DNA from: Promethearchaeota archaeon
GTDB lineage: Archaea > Asgardarchaeota > Lokiarchaeia > Sigyniarchaeales > SOKP01
Assembly: GCA_019057795.1 (NCBI GenBank)
Contig: JAHLWS010000056.1
Location: 17,582 to 81,581, forward strand
DNA length: 64,000 bases
Direction: 5' to 3'
Shown in pieces: positions 63,988 through 64,000 of the stretch. The notes beneath the pieces are model-generated. The model was not told where the DNA came from and searched no databases. It saw nothing but the letters and a program-made list of their open reading frames with translations. The number at the start of each line of letters is the position of its first letter. The first letter of the stretch is position 1. The position numbers and the translations under genes are program-made.

Positions 63988-64000
63988 AGTTAATCAAGAA

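Overview
AT-rich archaeal chromosome segment, most consistent with an Asgard archaeon of the Lokiarchaeia. This is inferred from Loki-type LRR proteins, archaeal Orc1/Cdc6, XerA, an archaeal RNase P RNA, a GIFT/IFT52-like protein and vWA-Zn-finger proteins. It carries dnaK/dnaJ, an ISH3-family IS with TIRs, rnpB, a membrane H+-PPase, an anaerobic catabolic block (glycyl-radical enzyme and activase, DmsAB-like Mo enzyme, thiolase, sulfatase, FabK/NMO-like flavoproteins), trxB-xerA-cdc6, tldD/pmbA, abfD, purA, vapBC, pit, tyrosine phenol-lyase, hypB and pssA. Main finding: the H+-pyrophosphatase gene hppA (- strand) is interrupted inside its two conserved C-terminal catalytic motifs by two tiny insertions, 30 nt at 14137-14166 and 34 nt at 13992-14025. 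Each folds with its exon flanks into a canonical bulge-helix-bulge whose predicted cut sites restore MSNAGGAWDNAKK and GDPFKDTAGP exactly. These are candidate tRNA-endonuclease-type mRNA introns in an Asgard protein-coding gene, one of them required to restore the frame. Other findings are an LRR protein ending in a DnaK-lid-like module directly upstream of dnaK, two tandem vWA + C4HC3-finger paralogues resembling eukaryotic p44/MERIT40-type subunits, and a 68-bp direct repeat flanking a single gene at the window end. All homology calls come from motif recognition by eye; no searches were run.
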